Below, one piece after another: positions 11,861 through 24,520 of a stretch of 64,000 bases of DNA. The stretch comes from Macrostomum lignano (Eukaryota). The stretch covers positions 248,001-312,000 of the forward strand of contig NIVC01000671.1 of assembly GCA_002269645.1 (NCBI GenBank). The letters are read 5' to 3'. The notes below the pieces were generated by a model. The model had not been told where the DNA came from. It worked only from the letters and a program-made list of their open reading frames with translations, and made no database searches. The translations under genes were made by a program, and so were the position numbers. Every line of letters begins with the position of its first letter. Within the stretch, counting starts at the first letter, position 1.

Positions 11861-13464
11861 ATAGTGCACATACAGATAATGAGTAAGTATGTATTTAGAC
11901 TCAGTTATTTTAAGTCAGGAACTATTCAATAGTTTAGATAAGAAATTTTAAAAGTTAGAAAGACCAACTTATTTCTCAAAATCATTATTTAGAATCTAAG
12001 TTAGATAGATTTACCTTGTAATCAATAACTTTATCTATGCTAAAAATATTTTGGCTAAAGATAGCTACTAATAGCTTTTTGGCATTAAATACATTATAAC
12101 AAGAATATATTTTGAAGAATAGCATCAGAATTAATGCTTACTTAGGCTTAAGTCAATTCTTGCTCCTAAATACTTTGATTGTTCCTAGATCCCTATGATT
12201 TTCCCAATAAGCACTTGCTAATTATCCAATCCTTTCCCTATTGTTTGCAACTTCTCTTAAACCTATCCCAATCTAAGACTTCAACATATACTCCTCACAA
12301 CTCATCTATGTATACTCTTAATCAATCCTACATTCCTCACTACTCATCATTGTGCACTCCTTTCTATATACTAATGTATATTCCTTATCATCCTGACTAC
12401 CCAATGACCACTGTGCCAAGTAGCTTTGCCCATTTGTTTAAAGTATTTTTCCTCTGTTTCACTGCTTTTGATTGCATTAGCCTAGTCTCCTTGCCTCCCA
12501 TTGCTCACCATTTCTTAATGTGTCCTAAATCGATTCCATTTTAATAATAAACCAAACTATTAGGGCTAAGTTTAAGGGCTAGCAATTTAGGGCATTAGCA
12601 TTCAACTCTGTTGCTTGTATCTATATACTTATTTACCATGAGTCGTAGTATGAACTGTGATTAGTGAGTATGCCTGTTGCAGGGCATGGAATAGGAGCTG
12701 AAGACCAGAGTAGAAGATCACTAAGTATGAGCCAAAGTCAAACAAATAGTTATAACAATAACAAAAAGTTTAAATAAGTCCCTTTAAGATATTCACCATG
12801 GGAGAGCTTTAGGATCTGCACTTCCCTATCCCCTGTTGCATCAAACCCATCTAAGAAGAAAGACATTTAAATAGCATTACCTATTATCCAAATATACACC
12901 CTTGGGATCCTGGGGCTGAGGAGGAAATTATAATATAGAATTATTTACTAGCTAAAAGACATACATATCCCTTATAAAAAGTCTTTGTTTCTAGCATTAG
13001 ACTATTCATGGCTTCAACAAATTACATCCAAGACGCTAGACTGTCCTTTGTATGTCTTATATAGAGTGCCTTAATTGGCAATTTCTAGTATAATTAAGGT
13101 CAAGAACCTTAATCTGTTACAGACTGGGATTCCCATCTTTTAGTGGGAGTTTTTACTAGCTATACTCTTGCATATATGAGTATATGACTGGTAAGGCCCA
13201 CTGTCTAGATAATGTGATCTTAGATGCAATGTTAGCAACTGCACTATACAGAGATAGGCAAAGTTTAGGAGATGAAGCCTAGTGGCTATATACTTTTTAA
13301 TACTGGAGCCAGTTATTTTCATGCCACCTATTGGGCCCTAAGTAATGTCAAATAATTATATCATGATAGCATTTAGTCTTTATTCTTTATTTAGGCTTCT
13401 CTATCCAAAAAATATTAAAGTTTGCCCATGCCCCCCCCCCAATATTTTTATTCTTTTACTGTGC

Positions 13465-13975
13465 CTGCCATAAGTGAATTGCTTATTGAGTTTCCCTACC
13501 AAGATTTTCCTCCAATACAATTTGCCTGTGAGCAAATGGCCTACTAAGCTTTTCCTGCCCAAGTTTGCCCACAATGCTTTTTTTCTGTAGCATATTTAGC
13601 CATGTGGCAGATTTTGTTTGCATTGCCTCCCAAAGCTTAGTAATTATTAATAAAGATATTTACCCAATCAAAACATTTTAATGGTTGAAATTTTTCTTGT
13701 AGATTTTCATTTCTATATGCATACAAGGGTTCATCTGTGAGCTATTGATTCATGCATATTCCATGTCACTGTCCCCTAAATTTCTTTATTATAACTAAGC
13801 AATTGGGGGGCAATGTGGACAAAATCTATTGCATTAGCTAAATCAAATGTAGTAGATGTGCTATAGGAAAAAGGCATTGTGGGCAAACCTTGGTAGGAAC
13901 AGCTTGGCAAGCAATTTGCATTGCTAGCAGGCAGGCAATTTGTCAGCAAGCAATTCTCATAGACCCCTGCAGTGA
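13465..13975. mobile_element. Decayed foldback/MITE-like element with ~190-bp imperfect inverted arms
   Basis: tttgcccacaatgc...tttgcattgcctcccaaagcttagt on the left versus actaagcaattggggggcaatg...gcattgtgggcaaa on the right; no TSD identified. Confidence 0.55.
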
Positions 13976-14364
13976 TTGCATATTTCCTTCACTCTACTTA
14001 TTTAGTAGCTTAAATGGCTAATGGCTATATAAACTTACTTGTACCCTTCTTGCAGCAGTTTGCCTCATTTTTGGGACACAAAAATGATTGCAAGATGTTC
14101 GCAAGCTCATTTCTCACCTGTGTCTCACCAAATCATATAGGGACAATCCAAACAAAGCATAAAGAGGCATCCAAAAGTACTTGCTTCTCTCTGGGAATGT
14201 AACTTAGATACTTATTTAGGGCCTTGGCTTAAATGGCATTGTGCAAAGGCACTGGAAGATTAAGTACTAAATTTGTGTATTTGTTCACATGTAAGCTTTT
14301 AAGATTTTGTGAGGTTTTAAGTAAAATTTGTTGATCAGACAGGGTGCCGCATCCCGCAGCTAGC

Positions 14365-14589
14365 ATGGATCTCGCCGCGCCATCCAAGAAGCCGGACGGG
14401 CCGGCCGGCAACCAGCCGCCTAGCAAGTACAACCAGCTGCTGCAGGTCATCGAAGAAATGGGCCGAGACGTTCGACCCAGCTACGCTGGCAACAAGATGG
14501 CTATTGAACGGCTGAAGAAGAATATTCACACCTGCCGCATGATGGTCAGAGAGTGCCTGCTAGAGTGCGAGAAATCTTCGCGCACCTGA
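14365..14589 (+). CDS. CDK2AP1: CDK2-associated protein (DOC-1/CDK2AP1 family), 74 aa
   Basis: SKYNQLLQVIEEMGRDVRPSYAGNKMAIERLKKNIHTCRMMVRECLLECEKSSRT matches the family motif SKY..LL..IEE.G..IRPTYAG.K...ERLK..I..AR.LVRECL.E.E; AATAAA follows near 14796. Confidence 0.93.
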   Translation: MDLAAPSKKPDGPAGNQPPSKYNQLLQVIEEMGRDVRPSYAGNKMAIERLKKNIHTCRMMVRECLLECEKSSRT

Positions 14590-15071
14590 TACAGATGGCA
14601 TTCCCAACTTTAAATAGTGCAAGGTTGCGCTTAACACTGACAATTGTAACCATTGTGTGTTTTTATGTTTTTATTCTGGTTATTTCAATTATTTCCGTGT
14701 CTGTGTACAAGTGCAAGTGTGTACAAGTGAATGCATGGCATCAATTCTATTGATTAATTAACTTGCAAATTTACTGTCTTTTAATGTGTTTTTTGAATAA
14801 AAAAATCTGCTAAAAATATAATTCATTAACTAACCTCAGTTATGAACTGCATATATACAAGCAAGCGTTAATCACCTTGATTTGTTACCCATATGACAAA
14901 CAATAAAGGCGAAGAGAAGACGGCTATTGGTTTTTTGCTATTGATTTTAATTGGCGAAAATGCACATGATGATGAAAAAGCCAAGTTAATTTTATTAGAA
15001 TCATAATCTGGTAGCGGACACAAATGGTGAATTCTGTCGCGTACAGTAGCGCTAAGTGAAAATTCTGACAG

Positions 15072-16439
15072 TTACTCAGAACGGCGCAACTCCAAGCTGA
15101 GGTGCACAATAGCAAAAATAATCTCTGTGAATATAAGAAATATAATTATCCACTCGAGTCTGTGGCCCTCCAATTCGTGCTTCTGATTGCGCAATAGGTC
15201 GCACAGATCCAGGCAGAATTGCAGCCGAGTATTGAGCAGGCGAGCTCTCCTGGCTACGGTGAGCACGTTGGACATGCGGCCGTAGAGCGCCTCCAAGTCT
15301 TCGCGCTCCCAGTAGAAATCTGGCGGCGAGTCGCAGACGCTGGCGGCGAATCTCAGACGGTAGAGCTGCCCGGTGCGGCTTAGAATCAGATCGCCGGGTG
15401 CGCGAACGTTCTGGCCTTCCTGGGTGTTACAGTAGAGTAGTTCAGTAGTATTATAGACATTGCCATGCATCTAGGCTGATGGAAACTACAGTAGAGACTG
15501 AATGTGAAATCGTTACGGGATTATCTTTTTGGGGCCGCTTTACATTCCGGTCCCACTCGGCCGCTCTACTCGTACATTCCCAATGACTCACTGGGCCAGT
15601 GGTTCTCTGAGGCAGCAGTAGGACCAGCCAATCTACAGAAAAAAACGCAATTACCTTCAAACTAGCAATCCAAGGCTCCAGATCACGAGCCAGCCGATCC
15701 AGCTGAGCCTCCAGATGGCCCAACCTAGTAGAAGTGGCCAGAGCGTCGCTTAATGCAAATTTTTCCAGCACCAGCGAGTCGGGATCGCGGCCGACTGGCA
15801 GCTGGATGAGATCTTCGCTGACTCGGGTTGCGCCGACGCTGTCCTCAGCGACGAAGGCCATGCTTTCAGACTGCTCCAGTATGTCGCGCTGGCTGTGCGG
15901 CTCAGTGGTGTATGCCTACGCATTGGGACAACGGCAGCAGTGATTAGACATGGGGGCTATTGGGGAGTCTCGAATGAAGAATAGTCAGTCAATCATTTCT
16001 TTGAAGTACGCACACTTAACCAGAAAGAGAGCAACCAACTCACGCTAAACAGTTTAACGGCTTGCTGAGCCTCCTTATCAGACATATTCCACAGCACCAC
16101 GGCGCCATTGTCAAACAGTACAGCATCCCGCTTCTGCCCGCCAACTGTATACGGCTCGCGCGATGTGGCCATCAAAGCTGTGCCAGCTAGTTCAGCGGGC
16201 AGCGGCACCAGCTGGTAAAGTCCGTGCTGGGTTAAATCTCGGGCCAATGAGCGCAGATCTAAGCGTTCGCCGAGAACCATTGCTTCGATTGGATGCTCCA
16301 CTGCCCGCGCTGATGCTGCCGAGTCATCGAAATGCTGCTGCTTGCGGTGCTGGCGCCTCTGCTGGGCCTGGACTGTGCACAGGCCGCGGCCACGGGTGCC
16401 AATCAGTAGGCGGCCACACAGCCGGACTGACGAGAGCAA
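15072..16439 (-). CDS. RMND1: RMND1 (DUF155/Sif2 family, mitochondrial translation factor); exons 16439-16044, 15915-15655, 15419-15072
   Basis: GT-AG phase-0 introns give an open spliced frame. Motifs LFDNGAVVLWNM, LEKFALSDALATS.RL, PDFYWEREDLEALY and RLEWIIIFLIFTEI. Arg/Leu/Ser-rich presequence-like N-terminus. No genomic ATG at the 5' end (see findings). Confidence 0.92.
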
Positions 16440-16468
16440 CTGGAATGAAATGCGGCTGGAGAGTGATG

Positions 16469-17342
16469 GCTGAAGGACTGGGTGGGTGAGCAGAGGCTGC
16501 TGAAGGACTGGGTGGGTGAGCAGAGGCTGCTGAAGGACTGGGTGGGTGAGCAGAGGCTGCTGAAGGACTGGGTGGGTGAGCAGAGCTTGCTGAAAGACTG
16601 GGTGGGTGAGCAGAGGCTGCTGAAGGACTGGGTGGGTGAGCAGAGGCTGCTGAAGGACTGGGTGGGTGAGCAGAGGCTGCTGAAGGACTGGGTGGGTGAG
16701 CAGAGGCTGCTGAAGGACTGGGTGGGTGAGCAGAGGCTGCTGAAGGACTGGGTGGGTGAGCAGAGGCTGCTGAAGGACTGGGTGGGTGAGCAGAGCTTGC
16801 TGAAAGACTGGGTGGGTGAGCAGAGCTTGCTGAAGGACTGGGTGGGTGAGCAGAGGCTGCTGAAGGACTGGGTGGGTGAGCAGAGGCTGCTGAAGGACTG
16901 GGTGGGTGAGCAGAGGCTGCTGAAGGACTGGGTGGGTGAGCAGAGGCTGCTGAAGGACTGGGTGGGTGAGCAGAGCTTGCTGAAAGACTGGGTGGGTGAG
17001 CAGAGGCTGCTGAAGGACTGGGTGGGTGAGCAGAGCTTGCTGAAAGACTGGGTGGGTGAGCAGAGGCTGCTGAAGGACTGGGTGGGTGAGCAGAGGCTGC
17101 TGAAGGACTGGGTGGGTGAGCAGAGGCTGCTGAAGGACTGGGTGGGTGAGCAGAGGCTGCTGAAGGACTGGGTGGGTGAGCAGAGCTTGCTGAAAGACTG
17201 GGTGGGTGAGCAGAGGCTGCTGAAGGACTGGGTGGGTGAGCAGAGGCTGCTGAAAGACTGGGTGGGTGAGCAGAGCTTGCTGAAAGACTGGGTGGGTGAG
17301 CAGAGCTTGCTGAAGGACTGGGTGGGTGAGCAGAGGCTGCTG
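16469..17342. repeat. 30-bp minisatellite, ~29 copies (gctgaaggactgggtgggtgagcagaggct) between NUP43 and RMND1
   Basis: Direct tandem repetition with two recurring variants (agaggc/agagct and aagga/aaaga). Confidence 0.98.
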
Positions 17343-17696
17343 CAGGAGTAAGTGGGTGAAGGCTAAGCTACAAGACTTAAAAAAGCTTGAAATGATAATA
17401 GTAGACTATTTTATTAAGCAGGCACCATAATATAGACAATTATAAGCACAAATTGAACTTTTATTGCGTATACTATTAGAGATAAATGCTTCCATGTTTT
17501 CAATACTTTATATGCTAAATTAAGACTGCTTTGAAATAGTTAGAAAAAATGCACTACTCTATTATAACTAGTTAAAGTTTTGACAAAAGACACAGTAATT
17601 AGAAACTGGTATTGAAAATATGAACTGATCTAATTACTTAAATCACCTACATGTCAATCGCTACCTAGGCCATTAATTTGCAACTAAGCCTAAGCC

Positions 17697-19964
17697 TCAC
17701 AGGCAAACGCCTGCGGCGGCATATAAAAGTTCATCCTCAGTGCCGGCGCATAGAAAATCTTCGCCTAAACAGAAAGAATTCACCGGCAGCTTCTGGCTGG
17801 CTGGCAGCACCGCCGTCAGGTGCGGATTGTCCGTCAGAGCCGCCGAGCCGCCGCCGCCGCTGTCGCTCAGCTTGATGGCGTACAGCTGGCCAGCCATGGT
17901 GGACACGAACAGCAGATCGCCCTGCACGGGGTGGAACTCCACCTGCAGTGACCGGGGGCAGCTATGGGAGTATAGAAAAGCATCGTGCTCGATAAAAACA
18001 TCGAGCACGGGGTGTGCAGCACACTATATGGGGCTGGTGTGAAGGGTGTGCAGCACACTATATGGGGCTGGTGTGAAGGGTGTGCAGCACACTATATGGG
18101 GCTGGTGTGAAGGGTGTGCAGCACACTATATGGGGCTGGTGTGAAGGGTGTGCAGCACACTATATGGGGCTGGTGTGAAGGGTGTGCAGCACACTATATG
18201 GGGCTGGTGTGAAGGGTGTGCAGCACACTATATGGGGCTGGTGTGAAGGATGTGCAGCACACTATATGGGGCTGGTGTGAAGGGTGTGCAGCACATAGTT
18301 ACTTGTAGCACCCATCCTCACCTGCGTGACGTGTCCGTCATCCAGTTCAACAATGCTAACAGGGAATTTCTCTTGGCGCAGGTCCCACAGGCAGAGGCAG
18401 CCGCCGGAAGCGCCAGTGGCAACCAGGTGCGGCTGGGCGGGGTGCCTCCTGGCGCAGTGCATGGCCTTGGGATCGCCCGCCACAGTCAGCACTTTGTCGT
18501 ATTGGCCAAGCCCCGTGCGCAGGTCCCATAGTTTCAGCTGGCCCATGCTGTTTACCTGCAGTTGTACGGATGAGGCTTGTTTTGAAAATAAAATTACACA
18601 AGTCTGACTCACTCAGTTAATGCAACACAGCAGCCGCTGTTCCCCACCCACACATCCTGCAACCAGCAGCCGCTATTCCCCACCCACACATCCTGCAACC
18701 AGCAGCCGCTATTCCCCACCCACACATCCTGCAACCAGCAGCCGCTATTCCCCACCCACACATCCTGCAACCAGCAGCCGCTATTCCCCACCCACACATC
18801 CTGCAACCAGCAGCCGCTATTCCCCACCCACACATCCTGCAACCAGCAGCCGCTATTCCCCACTCACACATCCTGCAACCAGCAGCCGCTATTCCCCACC
18901 CACACATCCTGCAACCAGCAGCGGCTACTCCCCACCCACCCACACATCCTGCAATCAGCAGCCGCTACTCCCCACCCACACATCCTGCAATCAGCAGCCG
19001 CTACTCCACATCATGCATCCTGCAATCAGCAGCCGCTACTCCACATCATGCATCCTGCAATCAGCAGCCGCTACTCCACATCATGCATCCTGCAATCAGC
19101 AGCCGCTACTCCACATCATGCATCCTGCAATCAGCAGCCGCTACTCCACATCATGCATCCTGCAATCAGCAGCCGCTACTCCACATCATGCATCCTGCAA
19201 TCAGCAGCCGCTACTCCACATCATGCATCCTGCAATCAGCAGCCGCTACTCCACATCATGCATCCTGCAATCAGCAGGCGGCTACTCCCCACAATGCATC
19301 CAGCACAGCCAGACAGGGGTCCTCAAATCCCAGAGCCACCCACCGTGCAGGCGGCATTCTGGTCAATAAAATCAGCTCCGGTGACGCAGCAGGAGTCCAA
19401 CCCCACCGACTCGCGGCCGCAACCGCTGGCCGGTCGCAGCGTCGCCGCATCGCTGCAGCCGCCGTCGGGCACTTCGACGGCCAGGGAGCAGCAGACGAGG
19501 CGGCCGGACTCCCAGCCTGCCAGGGCGTGCCAGCCGTCACGAATGGCCAGCGCGGACACGGCGCCGCTGCCGAAGCTGTCAGTGGACGGCCGCCAGCCCT
19601 GGCCCAGCTGGCGCAGCAGCCGGGGTCGCTGCCGTTCTCCGCTCCCATTGTTGGAACCCGGCTCTTCTTCAGCTGTCGTTGCCATAGCAACAAGCTCGCC
19701 AGTGCCGAGGCCAACAAACAAATTCTGATAGATTGGATCAAAGCGCAGGCACATTACGTCTCCATGGCAACGATGCACGGCAATAAGTTGGGGACTACCC
19801 TCAGCATCCAGTTCGGGTCCATAACCAAGCAGTTGAATTCGGTTACTGGGGCCTTCATCCCAGCTGCCAGCAGCCACAACAGGCTCTTTGTCAGTGTAGT
19901 GGCTGGCTAAGGCAACCTGAGATACTCGATAGGAAACGAATTTTGCTGCAACTTTGCTGGCCAT
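17697..19964 (-). CDS. NUP43: Nucleoporin Nup43 (WD40); exons 19964-19344, 18555-18322, 17942-17697
   Basis: MASKVAAKFVSYRVS..AAGSWD...HGDVMCLRF; spliced ACT|VNSMGQLKLWDLR; HCARRHPAQPHLVATG..G.LCLWDLRQ; V|EFHP. This matches Nup43. GT-AG phase-0 introns. Confidence 0.92.
18011..18295. repeat. 35-bp minisatellite, ~8 copies, filling NUP43 intron 2
   Basis: Unit gtgtgcagcacactatatggggctggtgtgaaggg repeated in tandem. Confidence 0.96.
18626..19280. repeat. Compound 36/35-bp minisatellite filling NUP43 intron 1
   Basis: Unit A cagcagccgctattccccacccacacatcctgcaac grades into unit B cagcagccgctactccacatcatgcatcctgcaat. Confidence 0.96.
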
Positions 19965-22279
19965 GAGGATTCAGGGCTCTTGGGTAGGCTATCAGTTGTG
20001 AGAACAGAAGCACTGTAAGAACAATAGCATGAAATAGTAAAAGTATATTATCAAAATCATGTCTAAATACAACATAATGATTCCATGTTTACATTTTATA
20101 GCTGCATTGCTATATGTATATGCTGTATAAATAAAGTACTTTGAATAATCTATATACTAATTTTGTGCTGTTTGTCTGTCAGTCAGCCTGTCTGTCATTG
20201 CTTTTTTAGAGAACTGTCTGGCCAATTTTTTCAAATTAGCTTTTTAAAATTGTAATTTTTCAGCAATCTTCCATAACTTTTTTGATGAAAAATTTCAGAT
20301 GAAAAGGGGTCAAATATTGGAAGAATCAACTTTTTTATGCCTTCAATGGACTCCATTTTATTACCTAATTATTTAGTTCAACCATTTAGGCCTCTCCTTG
20401 GCCAATGTACAGTGTAGAATGTACATTCATATTCATATAAAAGTTAAGGAGTTTTATGACCCTTTGTGTGCAGTGGGCTTGCAATTTAATTGCAGTGTTG
20501 ACTGAATTTTATTGTTTACCAACTAGTCTGATAGACAATTGATGAAAAGGGTTATAAAGCTGAAAAAGCTGAAATAACACAGCCTTTATAACACAGAGGA
20601 TGGCGCAATTGCAGATAGGGGCAGAATCAAATGAGCCCAATTAATTCATATTCATTTGGCAAATTGGTATACAAAACTTATACCCCAATTAGAAGTTGGG
20701 TCAAATATTTGAAAAACAATGTTTTTTAATGCTTTCAATGTTTGAATTTTGAATTTGAATGCTCCCATGGGGCTTATATATAAGCCCCATTATATATGGG
20801 GCTTCAAATATTCTAATGTATTGAGAAATATTGCTAGAATAATATATAAGTTTTTGCTTTTGACTAAAAGTATCATTTCTAATAAAAGTAAAAATGATTA
20901 AATAAGCATTAAAATGTCCTATAGAATTAGCTTTCAAATTTTGCATGTTTTGTTTAGAAAGATGCTAGAACTTAAGGACTTTTCATTTGTGAGCATAAGA
21001 AACTTTGTTCATATGAAAAACTTCTTTACTTTTGCATGTTTAGAAATAATTTAGAAAATTTTTTTTATTTTCAAGGTTTTTTGTTATTATTTTTATAATT
21101 AAAATGTTTTTTTTTAATTTTTGATAGCATTTAGCAAATAAAGGTATATAAGCATAGCAATAAAAGAAATAAGTAGCAGAAGGGAAATAGCAAGCAAAAT
21201 AAAAAATAAGTCATTTATTAGTATAAATCTTTAAAAAAGTTGGCTTACACAATTTAAACTAGGCCTATTGCATATAGGTTTTTAAAACATTCTAATAACC
21301 AATAGGGTAGATTGATAAATGCTTTGATTGACAAACACTTAGATATTTATTATTATTATTATTATTATTATTTATTCCTATTATTATTATGAGTTATCAA
21401 ACCTGGCAAGGTCTAAAAATCCATATATAGCATAGGCAATTGGCCTAATGCACAAGGAATATGGCAAAATATAGAAAATATTATTGTTCTCCCTGCAAGC
21501 TACTTGCAAGAAATTTCCTCAAAAATAACCTTTTTGACTTTGCATATGGTATCTTTAGACCTAAGACTAAATATAACCATAGGGCAATAAAAAAGGTTTT
21601 AGTCAATTTGTCTGTTACCAATTTGACTACCAACAGACAAATTAATTGCTAATTGATAGACTAAAATGGAAATAGACAAATTGTGATACAACTGTTTTGT
21701 CTACTACTAATTTATTTACTAGTATTAACACTAGGTTTTTTCTGCTGATGCTAAGATGCAAAATTATATTCAAGGTCCAATTTTAGGATACAATTTAGAA
21801 AATCAAGATATTATACAGTATCCCTAGTACATAGCCTACTGAGGTTTTTTGCTGGCACTAGGATGCAACATTGCATCTATTCTAAGGTCTAATTTGAAGA
21901 TGTCATTTTGAAAGTCAGGATGCTATAGCATCCTTATTGCACAAAAAAAGTTTAGCTACTATAATACTTAAAACAACTATTTAGTAATGACAAGCTATTG
22001 AAACCCGCAGATTTTGAACCTGGGGAACTCTAATCCCCGGAACTATTTTTGTATGTATTCTAAAATTGGAGGTCAAACTCAAACAAAAAAACTTGTTAAT
22101 AGTTAGGATAGAGTTAAACATAAAATAGAGTACATTCATGTAAAATTAGGATTTGAGGCAAACATTGATATTGTTGGCTGGGGTGCTATGCAGAATGTCA
22201 AGCAAACTCTGGCCTCTACCTCTGCCTTTCCGTGTCCTTTGCATCATTTGAAACTTATATTTTGTCTTCTATTCCCTCT

Positions 22280-23470
<1,191 letters not shown>

Positions 23471-24489
23471 GACCCACAGCCATGAGCTGGATTCTTTATC
23501 TGGCCTTGTCCTTGTAAAAATCTCTTGTCCCTGCTTTGCAGCTTCAAAAGCAAGTTTTTGGGACATAGTTGTTATCATTTCTCATGCTTTAATCATGTAA
23601 TCTTTCTGGCCAATTATTAGACCTGAGCCTGAGAGGAATCTCCAGCTCCACGATCACTACCACAGTCTGCAGCAGTCTAACAACCAAGGAAATATGTATT
23701 TCTTAAAAGCCATTTAAATTTTAAAGTATGTAAAACTTAATGTTAAAAAGTTTCATGGTGTAACTAATTTACTCATAGTAGGATTGCATTGTAATCAGTT
23801 ATTTGTTAATTTTTCACTATTTTTACAAACCATCCCACATTGCCTTGGTTTGCCATCCACTGTTAAAGTGCTGCAGACTTGTCTATACAGAGGACAGTGG
23901 TTTGAATCTCTTGCTAAACTTGTAATGGCTAAACGTAAGCCTCTCCACTCGTGGGGGTGCAGAGAAGGCTATAAAAAAGCTATTCCAAAAACTGTACATT
24001 TTCTAGGGAAATGAGTGAGTGAGCGGCACAAACAAAAGAACAGAAAAAGCAGACAAAATTCACATGTTTACAGTTTCTGTTCTGATTGAGTTACAGAATT
24101 GAGACTTTATATTTAGATAGTGAATAAGTTAAAGAAGAATTGTGTCAAGTTTCAAGTCAAAGGCGGGCAGAGGTTGGGGTGGCTGCCATGCTGAAAAAAA
24201 TTGCCTAACTTTAAAAGTACACAGTGCCATTCAGAATTAACTTTGAGAATTGAAATTCTACATGATTGTGTCAAATTTGAAGACGATTGATAAAAATGGA
24301 GCGATGCTATGGAGGATTTAGTAAAAAATTGCGCATTTTGAGCAGTTTTTTGCACTTTTAGGTAGGAGACTTAAGTTTAGAAAATTTTAAAGTAGCCTAT
24401 GACACTTTTTGTAGTGAATTTAGGGTGGGTGCAAATTTTAGTGTGATTTGGTTGAGCAGTTTGGGAGTTAATAGCAAAGTAATTTGTAT

Positions 24490-24520
<31 letters not shown>

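Noticed and set aside
16469-17351. CRISPR-like array, or the 289-aa GEQRLLKDWV repeat protein
   Set aside because: Contiguous identical units with no unique spacers in a eukaryotic context; the ORF exists only because the 30-bp unit lacks stops.
18609-19369. Repeat ORFs on both strands
   Set aside because: Translations of the NUP43 intron 1 minisatellite.
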